From IMG/VR virus record IMGVR_UViG_3300032007_000061, positions 15,881-79,880 of that record: a stretch of 64,000 bases of DNA. The stretch is one strand, 5' to 3'. Shown here piece after piece: positions 35,673 through 45,227 of the stretch. The position numbers and the translations under genes were made by a program. The stretch's first letter is position 1. Each line of letters starts with the position of its first letter. Below the pieces are notes generated by a model. It made no database searches. It had not been told where the DNA came from and saw only the letters and a program-made list of their open reading frames with translations. The DNA is from a virus. Its lineage: Duplodnaviria; Caudoviricetes.

Positions 35673-35879
35673 GCTACTGCAATTTGTGCCATACGGCGTG
35701 TTTGGTTTGCTCTCTTCCGAATATACCGCTCGATATGCTCACGGCTACCAGATGTGGTCACTTTCTGACAAGTGACTAAAGAGGTGAACAGTCCGTTGTT
35801 CACCTCTCTCGTCTCAATAATACGTGGTCTCATGTCAAAGAGAATTTGAAGTTGAAGTTTCGTTGTTTCTGTCTCTCGG

Positions 35880-36389
35880 TTACTGGATGCAAAGTGCTGC
35901 GCGAACGTCTGCCTCGTACTTCTTGGCGAATATCCAGCCGGCACCGACACTGAGGTAGCGGTTGAAGCGTCCGTGATACTTCTCCATGATAGCCTTGACG
36001 GGCTTCGTGTCGCCTACGATAGCGAACGACTTCTCCGAATAGTCATGGAACTCCAGACCAAGGGCCTTGATAGCTTTCTTGTCGCTCTCCTTGATGGGCT
36101 TGACCTCGGCCTTTGCACCATCGGCTGCCTCTGGGACGGCCTCTGCAATCTCCTGCTTGCTGGGCACGGGTGCAGCCTTGGTCTTGGCTGGTGCTCCCTT
36201 GGTCTTGGGTGCAGGCTCTGCCTTTTCAGGGAACTTCGCCTTGAAAGCAGCCGTGAAGCCAGCAATCATGTAGTCCAGAATCTTCTTGCCGTCGGCTTCT
36301 GTCTTTGCATTGTTAAACACTGCAGCGAACTGTGCGCTGTTCTTGCTCTCCTGTGCCGTCTGTGCAGCACCATTCTTCTTGTTAGCCAT
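35880..36389 (-). CDS. Ala/Lys-rich protein with a conserved C-terminal domain
   Basis: DYSEKSFAIVGDTKPVK..GRFNRYL..GAGWIF. Confidence 0.8.
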   Translation of the reverse strand: MANKKNGAAQTAQESKNSAQFAAVFNNAKTEADGKKILDYMIAGFTAAFKAKFPEKAEPAPKTKGAPAKTKAAPVPSKQEIAEAVPEAADGAKAEVKPIKESDKKAIKALGLEFHDYSEKSFAIVGDTKPVKAIMEKYHGRFNRYLSVGAGWIFAKKYEADVRAALCIQ

Positions 36390-36443
36390 AGTTGTAAAAA
36401 TTAAATGATGAATAAATTGGGGTTATTAAGTCTGCCCACACCA

Positions 36444-36602
36444 TCAGATGTGAGTTGTGAAATTATACGTGAAAACTACATACATCAGGGCAATAGCCTC
36501 GATGATTAGGATGATGTTCGACAATACCGGGTGCTTATCCATCCACTTTGCGAATGGAACTATGCAACGTATTGACATGGGGATTTCGTCGTTTTGTTTC
36601 AT
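36444..36602 (-). CDS. Small membrane protein (52 aa)
   Basis: MKQNDEIP..NIILIIEAIALMYVVF; read by hand. Confidence 0.5.
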   Translation of the reverse strand: MKQNDEIPMSIRCIVPFAKWMDKHPVLSNIILIIEAIALMYVVFTYNFTTHI

Positions 36603-36614
36603 CGCTGTGTCCTC

Positions 36615-36758
36615 CTACTTTATCATGTCATCCACCACCATGTCGATATAGTCGTGCGCCAATGTTATGTCAATACTCGTTACCTGTTCGCCATTCTCCT
36701 GTTTGTGTAGGATATTACGAGCTTGCATCAGCAGGTCAATTCGTTCTTTTGTTGTCAT
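36615..36758 (-). CDS. Small hypothetical protein
   Basis: MTTKERIDLL start after a GGAGG. Confidence 0.55.
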   Translation of the reverse strand: MTTKERIDLLMQARNILHKQENGEQVTSIDITLAHDYIDMVVDDMIK

Positions 36759-36771
36759 AATTAGTCCTCCT

Positions 36772-37155
36772 TTAGAATATTTCGTTGATAAGTCTGCCCC
36801 ACAACTTTTCGAGTGATTCAGCCAGCACTCCGTCAAGGCGCAAGTCATTCCAGCAGTCCTGCTCCATGTCATAGTTCTGGGCATAAAGCTGCTTCTCACG
36901 ATATACGACTTCCTCACACATAAACTTGCCGTTCTCGTCATCATCCAGCTCGATAGGCTCTTGCAGTTTGTGGCTGTTCCCGTTCAGCACAAAGTTGATG
37001 TTCTCAATCATTTCGCGCTGGGCATCAGTCGCACCCTCTGCAATCACAATCTCAGGTTCCTGCATAGCCTCATAAGCAGCTTGCATGGCATCTTCGTATG
37101 CTTCTTCGTCAACCAACTCCAGGTCAGTCATCAGCATATTCTCATCGTTATACAT
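36772..37155 (-). CDS. Acidic hypothetical protein
   Basis: D/E rich; GGAGG upstream. Confidence 0.75.
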   Translation of the reverse strand: MYNDENMLMTDLELVDEEAYEDAMQAAYEAMQEPEIVIAEGATDAQREMIENINFVLNGNSHKLQEPIELDDDENGKFMCEEVVYREKQLYAQNYDMEQDCWNDLRLDGVLAESLEKLWGRLINEIF

Positions 37156-37173
37156 ATTTCGCCCTCCTATAAT

Positions 37174-37686
37174 TTAGATCGCCTGACATTTGCATACGCA
37201 AGTCAGTCTGCTGTTCTCGAATCTCTTTGTCGTGATATAGTTGCCAATCGTTCCGGCTGTTCCGTGTGCGGTCGGCTTCCTGCTTCCGCTTATTTGCGGC
37301 TTCTTGCGACATCTTGCACCCCTTCCAGCACGAAATATATCGTCTGTCTTTGCAATGCTCAACGGCGCACTCAGGTCGGCACTCTCGTACTTCGACATCA
37401 CCTGCTCAAAGCTTCCAGTGTAGTGCTTGTACTCGATTCGCTCCACTTTCCTGCCTTTCACGAGATAGCAATGGCCTCTGTGCTCTGCAATGTTCTGTCT
37501 TGTGCAGGGCATGAGAACCCACTGCTGATTGCTTGTAAGTCCTGTCAGGACCACCAGAACCGGCTTTCTGCGCAATGAATACTCACCAAGCTCTTTCACG
37601 TCAAAGGACATAGTTACACCATGCCCCACGTTCAGCGCAAGCTCCTGGAGCCTACGCTGCCCGATTTCCTCTGCAAAATGTTTCAT
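37174..37686 (-). CDS. Hypothetical protein
   Basis: CACTATG start downstream of a T-loop hairpin. Confidence 0.6.
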   Translation of the reverse strand: MKHFAEEIGQRRLQELALNVGHGVTMSFDVKELGEYSLRRKPVLVVLTGLTSNQQWVLMPCTRQNIAEHRGHCYLVKGRKVERIEYKHYTGSFEQVMSKYESADLSAPLSIAKTDDIFRAGRGARCRKKPQISGSRKPTAHGTAGTIGNYITTKRFENSRLTCVCKCQAI

Positions 37687-37692
37687 AGTGTG

Positions 37693-37716
37693 CCATGCAG
37701 GGGAGTCGAACCCCTG
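37693..37716 (-). repeat. T-loop-like hairpin repeat, copy 1
   Basis: 20 nt identical to 38455-38474. Confidence 0.7.
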
Positions 37717-37774
37717 CTTGACGAGACTGCATAGTTATCCCGCCCCACTTATGGCTACCAGTTGGAGGTTCTTC

Positions 37775-38386
37775 TTAGAACTCCACTCTGTCCTTGCTGA
37801 CCTCGATGACCTTGCGCTCGCTGCCCTCAGTCTTGACGATGTAGCAGTGCTCGATTGCGGCCCACTTGTCCTCTGCTTCCTTGGACTTCTCAGCCAGCTT
37901 CGTGTACTTGCGTGACTGGATGAGGCCAGTGAGGATGGTGTTGACGCTCCACTTGTGCGGGTCGATGAGTGCCAGACGATAGACACTGATAGGCTTGCCG
38001 TCTGCTTTCAGGGCCTCTTCCTCGGATGCGTACACACGATAGGCAGTCTCCTTGTCGTCCTCATCCATGACATACTTTGCCGGCACGTTCTTGAAGATGT
38101 AGTTGCCCATCACCTTGTTCGAGTCGTTCACTGCCAGCATTTCCTCTCTCCACCCCCCGTTAATCAGGGCTGGGGTATAGCCCTTTTTCACACCTTTCGG
38201 CGTAACGAAGCGAGGCACACCGTGCGCCTCCATCCAGTCCTCCACAGTAAGGCCGTCTGTCTCTGGCAGCTTTCGGGTGTAGATTCCCTCGAACTGCTTC
38301 AATACCTGCGATAACTGACCAGTCAGGTCAAGGATACCACGCTTGCCTTTGTTCTCCTGCTTCACTGTAATCTTAGTCTGCTTCAT
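37775..38386 (-). CDS. First gene of the early operon, hypothetical
   Basis: Start MKQTKITVK; strongly biased codon usage suggests high expression. Confidence 0.8.
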   Translation of the reverse strand: MKQTKITVKQENKGKRGILDLTGQLSQVLKQFEGIYTRKLPETDGLTVEDWMEAHGVPRFVTPKGVKKGYTPALINGGWREEMLAVNDSNKVMGNYIFKNVPAKYVMDEDDKETAYRVYASEEEALKADGKPISVYRLALIDPHKWSVNTILTGLIQSRKYTKLAEKSKEAEDKWAAIEHCYIVKTEGSERKVIEVSKDRVEF

Positions 38387-38389
38387 AAT

Positions 38390-38935
38390 ACTCTCGTTTG
38401 GGGAGTTGCACCCCTGGCAGTCCTTTCCTGCCCTTTTGTTAGACAATATCGGACCCATGCAGGGAGTCGAACCCTGCACAGGTCAGAGAGTATAATAGTA
38501 GTCACTTTCGTGACTGCTAAAGCTGTCGATGAACGTCTGCAACTTGTGCGCCTACAGACTTTGCACACCATCACCGCGAACCGCTGTAGCTTTGCGAGGA
38601 ACCACCCCACTACGGACTACTCATGCCTTTGAACGCAATTCGCTCATGCCGAAATATGTGCAAAGATTTTCCGTTTGGTCATAGCTCGCCTGTCTGAACC
38701 AGGACGCACCACTATGTACTCTTGTATCATAGATACAATACACCCCGTACCAATAGGGATTTCACCCCAACACCCGTGAGCGCACTCTATCCCCAAGGGA
38801 TAGGCTGATTTACTACTTTTGCCGACAAGACACATAGTGTCCTTATATAGGCATAGCCTATTTGGTTGTCGGTTGTTTCGTGTGGTGTCGCAATAAATGA
38901 AAGAACGATTTTGAAACCGGTGGTGAACTGATTTC
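38390..38935 (-). ncRNA. Putative long structured leader / ncRNA
   Basis: No convincing ORF; dense short hairpins between a TAnnTTTG promoter (38941-38948) and the first early gene. Confidence 0.4.
38455..38477 (-). repeat. T-loop-like hairpin repeat, copy 2
   Basis: GCAGGG-TTCGACT-CCCTGC on the minus strand, extending to about 13 bp of stem. Confidence 0.7.
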
Positions 38936-38940
38936 GAAAG

Positions 38941-38948
38941 CAAACATA
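38941..38948 (-). promoter_or_regulatory. Bacteroidetes -7 promoter for the early operon
   Basis: TATGTTTG on the minus strand. Confidence 0.55.
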
Positions 38949-40356
38949 GGTAGTTTTTCAATGCACTCCAAATTTATTTTCATGTTGTAAGTTCCTCATT
39001 TTAAAATGCTTAGATAGGTACGTTGAGTGTGCGCGTATAAATAGGTGATGAATGTTGAAGAAAAATACACGTTTCTTTTCTGAAATGTTTACAAAAAGTG
39101 TATTAATGTTTTTTACAACGAACGATAGCGTTTGTTATAAAGATTTTTAACCAAAGAACCGAGACAAGACTAAACACATTTTTACAGAAATTAACAGACC
39201 TTAACGGTTCGCGCACGGGTTGCATAATAAGGTATAATGGTAAAAGTGAAAAAATAGACGTATAAAGAATTAAGACAAAATAGGTGTAAAGTATTTTTAC
39301 CTTTAACAATTAGGTTCACTTTTGCGGAAAGTGAACCAAACGAAGGGGTCGAAATCTCTGGAAACACCAATAAATAAAGGAAAAAAGAGGGGTGGGTGTA
39401 CCCTGCGGACTGGAAGCCATACACAAACTATTTCCGATTTTTGAATTTCGGATTTTCCCACATTTATGTCTCTTCCAGCCATTTTCAAAACACAATCTCA
39501 CATTCTCACTCTCATTATACGTCTTAAAAATAGCCCTATAGGTCGCTGGAAGCCTCTCAGATGCTTTCCCAGACCATCGCCTTAACATTTCCTCATTCCA
39601 CATTAACAATCTCCTTAGAACCATTCTTTTCAGCACCACAAATCTCATCCACTTGAACATAAGTTCAAAACCATGATGGTTCCCAGCACCAACGAAAAAT
39701 CCATTTTCCCCCATAAAACTCATCTTGGATGATTCCCAAAAAATTTCTCGGCCAAAATTTCAGATTTCATTTTTGTTAAAACACATATAAAAACTCCCAT
39801 ATACATAAAATACCGAATAATGCCCGAATTTCGCACAGAAACGGCCCAAATTTCGATTTTCAGGCTTTCAGCGGGCAACTACAAGGCCAGAAGCCTAAAA
39901 TGCGCTCAGAACGGCTTAAAATCGCCCGATAAATTTTTGCCGCCACAAAAACGGAACTTTGGGAGCTGGCAGAATCGAGTGGCGGCGACCAAGCTCGGCG
40001 GCGGCGCGTGGCTAATTATACGTGACCTTTTGTTTTGCCTTTAATAGGAGAATCACTTACATGGTCTTTTGCTTACGATAGCCACATGAATATTTTATAA
40101 ATAAAATGCTGGAAGTTGAGTAAGATGTTTCTTGAAAGATTCCTTTATGTTCTTAAATGCTTTCTTTTATGCCTTACGGCATGGTACTGGAAGTTATCAG
40201 ATATTCTAATATTAATGCTTTTCCTATATTCCTAATGGTTACAAGAAAATAACCTATATGTTATCCTATATAGCTTTATATTTTTTATATATATTTTCTA
40301 TACATCACCCCAAAAATTGCCTGAAACCCCTGTGTTTATCGGCATTTCGGCGAAAT

Positions 40357-40460
40357 TTAAGACATGCACGTTTGTGCATGTCTTGATGCAAAATTGTGCA
40401 TGTCTTAAATCTTTACATCATTTTTTCAATTTAAGACATGCACAATCCTGCATGTCTTAA
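40357..40460. repeat. Iteron-like cluster, five copies of (TT)AAGACATGCA(C) in both orientations; candidate origin
   Basis: Copies at 40357-40369, 40374-40384, 40396-40408, 40431-40443 and 40449-40460. Confidence 0.75.
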
Positions 40461-40894
40461 CTGTTTTCTTTCTGTTTTCTTCTTTCTTTTCTATCAAATT
40501 TTGATATTTCAGAATCAGAAAGTTCCAATATTGTTTTATCGCACATATACCCCCTTAGTGTAAATCTAAGTCTCGGATAATCTCTCATAATGTCACTCAA
40601 ACGAATAAGAGCCTTAACATTCAATGTGATTTCTGCAGTCATTCTTCTTTTTTGTTTCACATCAATCAAACCAATTTTGTGGATGCCTGAGAATACCTTT
40701 CGAAATTTTCTTTCGGACCATCCCATCTTTTCATAACCGCAATTTATAATTTCATCATCATTGACGTTTGCATCTTCTAAAAACCACATCATCATTATGA
40801 GCTCAGATTCATCAAGGAAATACTTCAAGGAGTGTGGCCACATATTGTTGCCACAACCTATAGTTTCCATTGCTTTTCTGAATATTCTGCCCAT
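40457..40894 (-). CDS. Winged-helix protein (initiator/regulator candidate)
   Basis: MGWSERKFRKVFSGIHKIGLI wHTH pattern; stop codon lies inside the repeat cluster. Confidence 0.6.
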   Translation of the reverse strand: MGRIFRKAMETIGCGNNMWPHSLKYFLDESELIMMMWFLEDANVNDDEIINCGYEKMGWSERKFRKVFSGIHKIGLIDVKQKRRMTAEITLNVKALIRLSDIMRDYPRLRFTLRGYMCDKTILELSDSEISKFDRKERRKQKENS

Positions 40895-40896
40895 AA

Positions 40897-41379
40897 TTAT
40901 TTTGAGAATTTAGAGTTGAATATTTTTTGAGCTGCTTTTATGTCATCATCTGTGATCTGTGACAAATGTTTGTCTTTGCACACTTTTCTAAGTAATTTTG
41001 GTGCAAATAGTAAATCTGCTCCAATTCTTTTTTGTGTGTCATAAATCAACTTATGGTTAATTGTTCTAACCACCATGTGACTTTTTCTTTGCGTGCATAT
41101 AAAGCCAAGCTTTTCTAACTTATTGCTCCATTTTATTAGGGTGCCAAGGGACCATCCAGTTATAAACGCTAAATCTGCATTTGTTTCAGCACACTCTTTG
41201 AAGTTAAATGTGATATATTTTTCGCCAATACTGACTGTCTCACATTTTTTCAAGAGAATGTTGAACAAATGAAATTCCTTAACTGTGAGGTATTCACTTA
41301 AATCTGGCACAATTTTTATGCCGCCACTTAACCCCAACACAAAATTTTCATACTCACTAAAAACCCTTTTGATTCGCAT
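40897..41379 (-). CDS. Winged-helix protein, probable paralogue of 40457-40894
   Basis: LAFITGWSLGTLIKWSNKLEKLGFI; CACTATAAT motif at 41414-41422. Confidence 0.6.
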   Translation of the reverse strand: MRIKRVFSEYENFVLGLSGGIKIVPDLSEYLTVKEFHLFNILLKKCETVSIGEKYITFNFKECAETNADLAFITGWSLGTLIKWSNKLEKLGFICTQRKSHMVVRTINHKLIYDTQKRIGADLLFAPKLLRKVCKDKHLSQITDDDIKAAQKIFNSKFSK

Positions 41380-41706
41380 AATTTATTGTTTTTAATTTTG
41401 AACTTGATATTTAATTATAGTGATAAAAATAGCCAAAAGTTAGTTATGAGATTTATTTTTTCACTATTTTAACCATTGATTCTAAATAAATCGTTTAAAA
41501 TATAACTATATTATTATAGAGTCATAAATTTATATGATTTGATTTTGAACTTGTCTCTCAGCGGAGAGAACAGTGCCCTGCCAGGCACAGGGCATTTTTA
41601 TTAGGAAATTGTTTTAGGTTAGTAGTAATATTTATAGTTTTAGGTTTTTAGTTATTGGTAATAACAGAAGCACCACTCCAATTGGGAAATCGGGGTGGCG
41701 CTTTGC

Positions 41707-41934
41707 TTAATTGGAGAAGCGGTTCTTTGGAGGTACCGATGTCTTTTCAATCGGCTTGCACTCCATCTGGTATTCAACCTTGATGTCGGGCTTGAAATAA
41801 CCGCAATAACCATCACGCTTCACGGCTTTCCTCAGTTTCATGCAGTAGCCTTTCTTCATCCTGAAATTGGATGACGAGAATGACTTGCAGTATTGGCAGC
41901 AGTCATCCACATACGCTTCATCGTGATCATCCAT
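41707..41934 (-). CDS. Small Cys-rich protein
   Basis: CCQYCK..GYC..DGYCGYF. Confidence 0.65.
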   Translation of the reverse strand: MDDHDEAYVDDCCQYCKSFSSSNFRMKKGYCMKLRKAVKRDGYCGYFKPDIKVEYQMECKPIEKTSVPPKNRFSN

Positions 41935-42238
41935 TAGGCAATATGAAGTTTATGCCTTTGTTTTTCTTCCAGTTCTTATCGAGCTTCAAGGATTTCTGGA
42001 AGAACTCTACCAGCTCATTCATATACGTTTCTTGGCACCTGCCTTTATAGTAGTAGATGCAGCCGTCAATCTTGGTGCAGTCCTTTGTGGTTACTGCAGG
42101 AACCATCATCTTTATTTCACCATTCACCATTTGAGGTTGCGGATGCAGGTCTCTCAGTCTGCAATCGAGAGCAACAACCCTGATACCGTTTGGTAGGTCC
42201 TGGTATTCAAAGACGTATTTGTGATTCGGGTCTATCAT
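41927..42238 (-). CDS. Hypothetical protein
   Basis: Operon packing. Confidence 0.7.
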   Translation of the reverse strand: MIDPNHKYVFEYQDLPNGIRVVALDCRLRDLHPQPQMVNGEIKMMVPAVTTKDCTKIDGCIYYYKGRCQETYMNELVEFFQKSLKLDKNWKKNKGINFILPNG

Positions 42239-42241
42239 AGC

Positions 42242-42778
42242 TTAATCGTATTCTTCGTTTTCAATCGGGTCACTGTTAATCTCGAATTGTGCTCTGATGT
42301 CCTTGTAGTTTTCAGGCACGATGCGGTTGATGTTCTTGTCTTTGAGTTTCTTCCTCAAAGCAGTCAGTCCACCAGCTTTCCACTTAGCACTCATCTGGTC
42401 CAGGACGGCTATTGCATCCCAATCAATTACCTTGTCACGCTTCTTTCCAGCCACCTCATAATGGATAATGCCCATCTTTTTCAGTCTCGCAAGCGTATTG
42501 GCTATTGAGATATGAGTGACACCGATGGCCTTTGCCATAGTCGTAGTCTTGATGATGCAGCACCCATGTTCACGTTGATGTCTCAGAATGATTGCGAACA
42601 CTTTCATTTCACTGCCGGACAGATATTCGAATAGTGCTTCCGGCATAGGCATGGTCCTGCCATTGAACACCGTCTCATCCCTCACAGAGACAACAGTCTG
42701 GTATTCAAAGATTGGCAGACGCACCTCCCCATCCATTTCTACGATGGGGTTTTTCTGCTTGATTCCCCTGATTTTCAT
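42242..42778 (-). CDS. Winged-helix DNA-binding protein (replication/regulation)
   Basis: LSGSEMKVFAIIL..MAKAIGVTHISIANTLARLKKMGII. Confidence 0.7.
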   Translation of the reverse strand: MKIRGIKQKNPIVEMDGEVRLPIFEYQTVVSVRDETVFNGRTMPMPEALFEYLSGSEMKVFAIILRHQREHGCCIIKTTTMAKAIGVTHISIANTLARLKKMGIIHYEVAGKKRDKVIDWDAIAVLDQMSAKWKAGGLTALRKKLKDKNINRIVPENYKDIRAQFEINSDPIENEEYD

Positions 42779-42931
42779 TCGTTTTGCTATATGAGAACGA
42801 ATCTGTTTTCATCAAACTATAACAAAACTGCTTTCATCAAATTGTGGGGCAAAGATAGTGGTTTTTGTTCAAATTTACAAGTTTTGATTAAAAAATATTT
42901 TATCCAATGCCAATTTTCGGTATATTTTGCA

Positions 42932-42939
42932 TACCTTTG
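42932..42939 (+). promoter_or_regulatory. Bacteroidetes -7 promoter element
   Basis: TACCTTTG, 25 nt before ATG 42965. Confidence 0.6.
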
Positions 42940-42964
42940 CACCGAAATTGATGATGCGCATATT

Positions 42965-43831
42965 ATGAGCAAGACCAAGGAGCAGGTCAACAGATACCTG
43001 ACACATTGCAGGTTCCCAGAAGATGATTGGGCAAAAATTCTTCTCTATTGCAGGAAGAATAACTTGGGATATGCTCACAAGTCGGCGCATCCGAAATCAG
43101 AATCCACATACGAGCAGTTTATCCAGTGGTTCCGAACTGGATATGGGTCTGGTGATGTCGTAAGATATGGCCACACAATAGGAATTTTGTCATCATGCAC
43201 ACCAGACTACAGTGCTTTTTGCGTTTATATTTCGTATGATGGCGAACTGGTTGTGTCTGACTTGCAGATTTCAACTGACAGGATCATGGCACCAGCTGAA
43301 AATGATGCGAAGAAAATCTATAGCCAATTGAAGCTGCAGGGATTGGATTTCGATGCACGGTTAGCAAGGATTTGCGAGAAGAAATTACCAGCACCTCACA
43401 TCAGAATCGCTTACCAACACGGCGGCATCACTGGATATGGCATTATAGAACGATATGATAGTGATGTGGCTCATTTCATTTTCGGTGTGGAAAATGGAGA
43501 ATTATTGCAGCACTTCGACATACCGCTGCATGAACTGACAACCAACACCATTGACAAGCATGGAATAGCTGTCATTACAAACGCTCTTAATGACGCTCTT
43601 TTACGATGGAATCCTGAGACATATCAGCTTGAAAAAATGCGTCCAAGGGTTAAGGTTGGCGAAACATACTGGTATATCACAGATAAGTTCTCAGTTTCCA
43701 GTGCCATTGAGAATAAGGCACCGACCAATGATGCCAGGTATGAGCGAGGAAACTACTTTATCAACCATTCTGATGCAGTTGATTTTCTGGTGGCAATCCA
43801 GAAAGTGCGAAAGGATATGGAAAAAGAATAG
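42965..43831 (+). CDS. Hypothetical protein (lone plus-strand gene with its own promoter)
   Basis: The promoter inside the longer ORF (from 42791) points to MSKTKEQ as the real start. Confidence 0.75.
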   Translation: MSKTKEQVNRYLTHCRFPEDDWAKILLYCRKNNLGYAHKSAHPKSESTYEQFIQWFRTGYGSGDVVRYGHTIGILSSCTPDYSAFCVYISYDGELVVSDLQISTDRIMAPAENDAKKIYSQLKLQGLDFDARLARICEKKLPAPHIRIAYQHGGITGYGIIERYDSDVAHFIFGVENGELLQHFDIPLHELTTNTIDKHGIAVITNALNDALLRWNPETYQLEKMRPRVKVGETYWYITDKFSVSSAIENKAPTNDARYERGNYFINHSDAVDFLVAIQKVRKDMEKE

Positions 43832-43849
43832 GTGACGAATAATCGCCAC

Positions 43850-44677
43850 CTACGCAAAGTCTTTTTTCACAGCGTGTTCGTACCAGTAGTTGTCGGCTGT
43901 TTCATCATCAACATTATCCACTACTGATTTTTGCCCGTTTGCCTTGTTCCACTCCCGAATCTTGTCAGCAGAAAACACGCAAATCGAATCCGCAATCTCG
44001 GCCATTTTTACACGGTCATTCCATGTGCTGCGAATCTCTTTGAGGGTTATATCATCAACATATTTCTTGGCCTCCTGATACCAGTTGGCAATGTATCTGT
44101 CATTGATATTCTCGTTGTTTCTGAGAGCTTTTGCCATGTGAAATGCCCATACATAGGCCAACACCTCCATGTCAGTCAGCTTATCCCAGCCATCATTCTC
44201 GTCATCATAAGCAAGATAGATAATCTTTTTGAGATAGATGCTGTCATTCTTCAATGCCGTGCGCTGATCAGTGAAGTTGGTTGGGTTATCCTCGACATTC
44301 TTCACACCGGTTCTGCATATCGAATAAGTGCCGTCATAGATTGGGAACTGGAAAGCATCATGCAGCTTCTGTTCGTCCAGGTTGTTCGCCTTTCTGATAG
44401 TGTAAGGCTTTCCATTGATGTCAATTGGCAGGCCGTTTTCTTTGGCCTCTATGAAGTCATTGACTGCAGAGGCATAGAATCTGTCAAACACGTCCACTGG
44501 AACCTCTTTACCCCAGATAAATGGATTTTGGTCATCTTCGGGGTCAGAGTGTATAAGTTCTGTCAATGCAGAAATAATGTAGGCTGCAAACAGTTGGTAG
44601 GGGTTCCTGCTTATTTCTCTTGTTCTTTCGGTAAACAGATAGATGTCCGTTTCCGAATAGCTTGGGTATTCTTTCAT
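43850..44677 (-). CDS. Hypothetical protein
   Basis: 275-aa ORF; ATGA overlap. Confidence 0.8.
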   Translation of the reverse strand: MKEYPSYSETDIYLFTERTREISRNPYQLFAAYIISALTELIHSDPEDDQNPFIWGKEVPVDVFDRFYASAVNDFIEAKENGLPIDINGKPYTIRKANNLDEQKLHDAFQFPIYDGTYSICRTGVKNVEDNPTNFTDQRTALKNDSIYLKKIIYLAYDDENDGWDKLTDMEVLAYVWAFHMAKALRNNENINDRYIANWYQEAKKYVDDITLKEIRSTWNDRVKMAEIADSICVFSADKIREWNKANGQKSVVDNVDDETADNYWYEHAVKKDFA

Positions 44678-45045
44678 TTTCTGAGACAGTTAATTGCTTT
44701 TTGTAAATCTGAAATGTACTGCGTACCACGTCTGATGGCCATATAGACTGCATCACGCTCATTTTTCTGAGGCTTGCCGTGCCTTGTGTACGATTTAAGT
44801 TCTTCCATGTGGTTTGATACCTCCACAATCATCATGTTAAGAATCTCTGAATGTGTGTGTGCCGGAATAGCATCTTTCTCGAATACAGACTTCGGCACCC
44901 AGCTTATACCGTCATCAGGATCATCAACCAGATAACCGTCATTTCCGTGAGTCAGGTTGGTTATCTTTTTGCCGATTATCTCTTCTGCATTTGACTGGAA
45001 CATCGGTTCTGCGTCAACGAATCTCACTCTTTTGTATCTCTTCAT
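44674..45045 (-). CDS. Conserved phage protein (VDAEPM..GYLV..DG.SW.PK.VFE pattern)
   Basis: Motif recognition. Confidence 0.7.
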   Translation of the reverse strand: MKRYKRVRFVDAEPMFQSNAEEIIGKKITNLTHGNDGYLVDDPDDGISWVPKSVFEKDAIPAHTHSEILNMMIVEVSNHMEELKSYTRHGKPQKNERDAVYMAIRRGTQYISDLQKAINCLRK

Positions 45046-45227
45046 TTCTTATGCAGCTTTTTGGCAAAGTGTTCACATTCATTCTTCTTCAAATCCAACG
45101 GAGCAGAAGATAAGATGGAGAAAACAGAATAGTCCACCCCACTTATCTTGTCCGTTATGTTTCTGGCGCACCTCTGGCAGACTTTGTGCCAGGGGTGGCC
45201 ATAGCATAGTGTGTGGTCCTCAATCAT
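45042..45227 (-). CDS. Small Cys-rich protein
   Basis: ATGA overlaps at both ends. Confidence 0.6.
   Translation of the reverse strand: MIEDHTLCYGHPWHKVCQRCARNITDKISGVDYSVFSILSSAPLDLKKNECEHFAKKLHKK

Noticed and set aside
36427-36803. Near-repeat TAAGTCTGCCC(C)ACA at 36427 and 36789
   Set aside because: Only two imperfect copies, one inside a coding region; probably a small duplication scar or chance.
37690-37770. Third tRNA gene
   Set aside because: T-arm and acceptor-like pairing are present, but there is no anticodon arm or D stem; reported as a T-loop repeat instead.
39103-40044. ORF-track ORFs in the control region (39103-39309, 39191-39424, 39316-39723, 39820-40044)
   Set aside because: Overlapping, no recognisable motifs, atypical composition; treated as non-coding.
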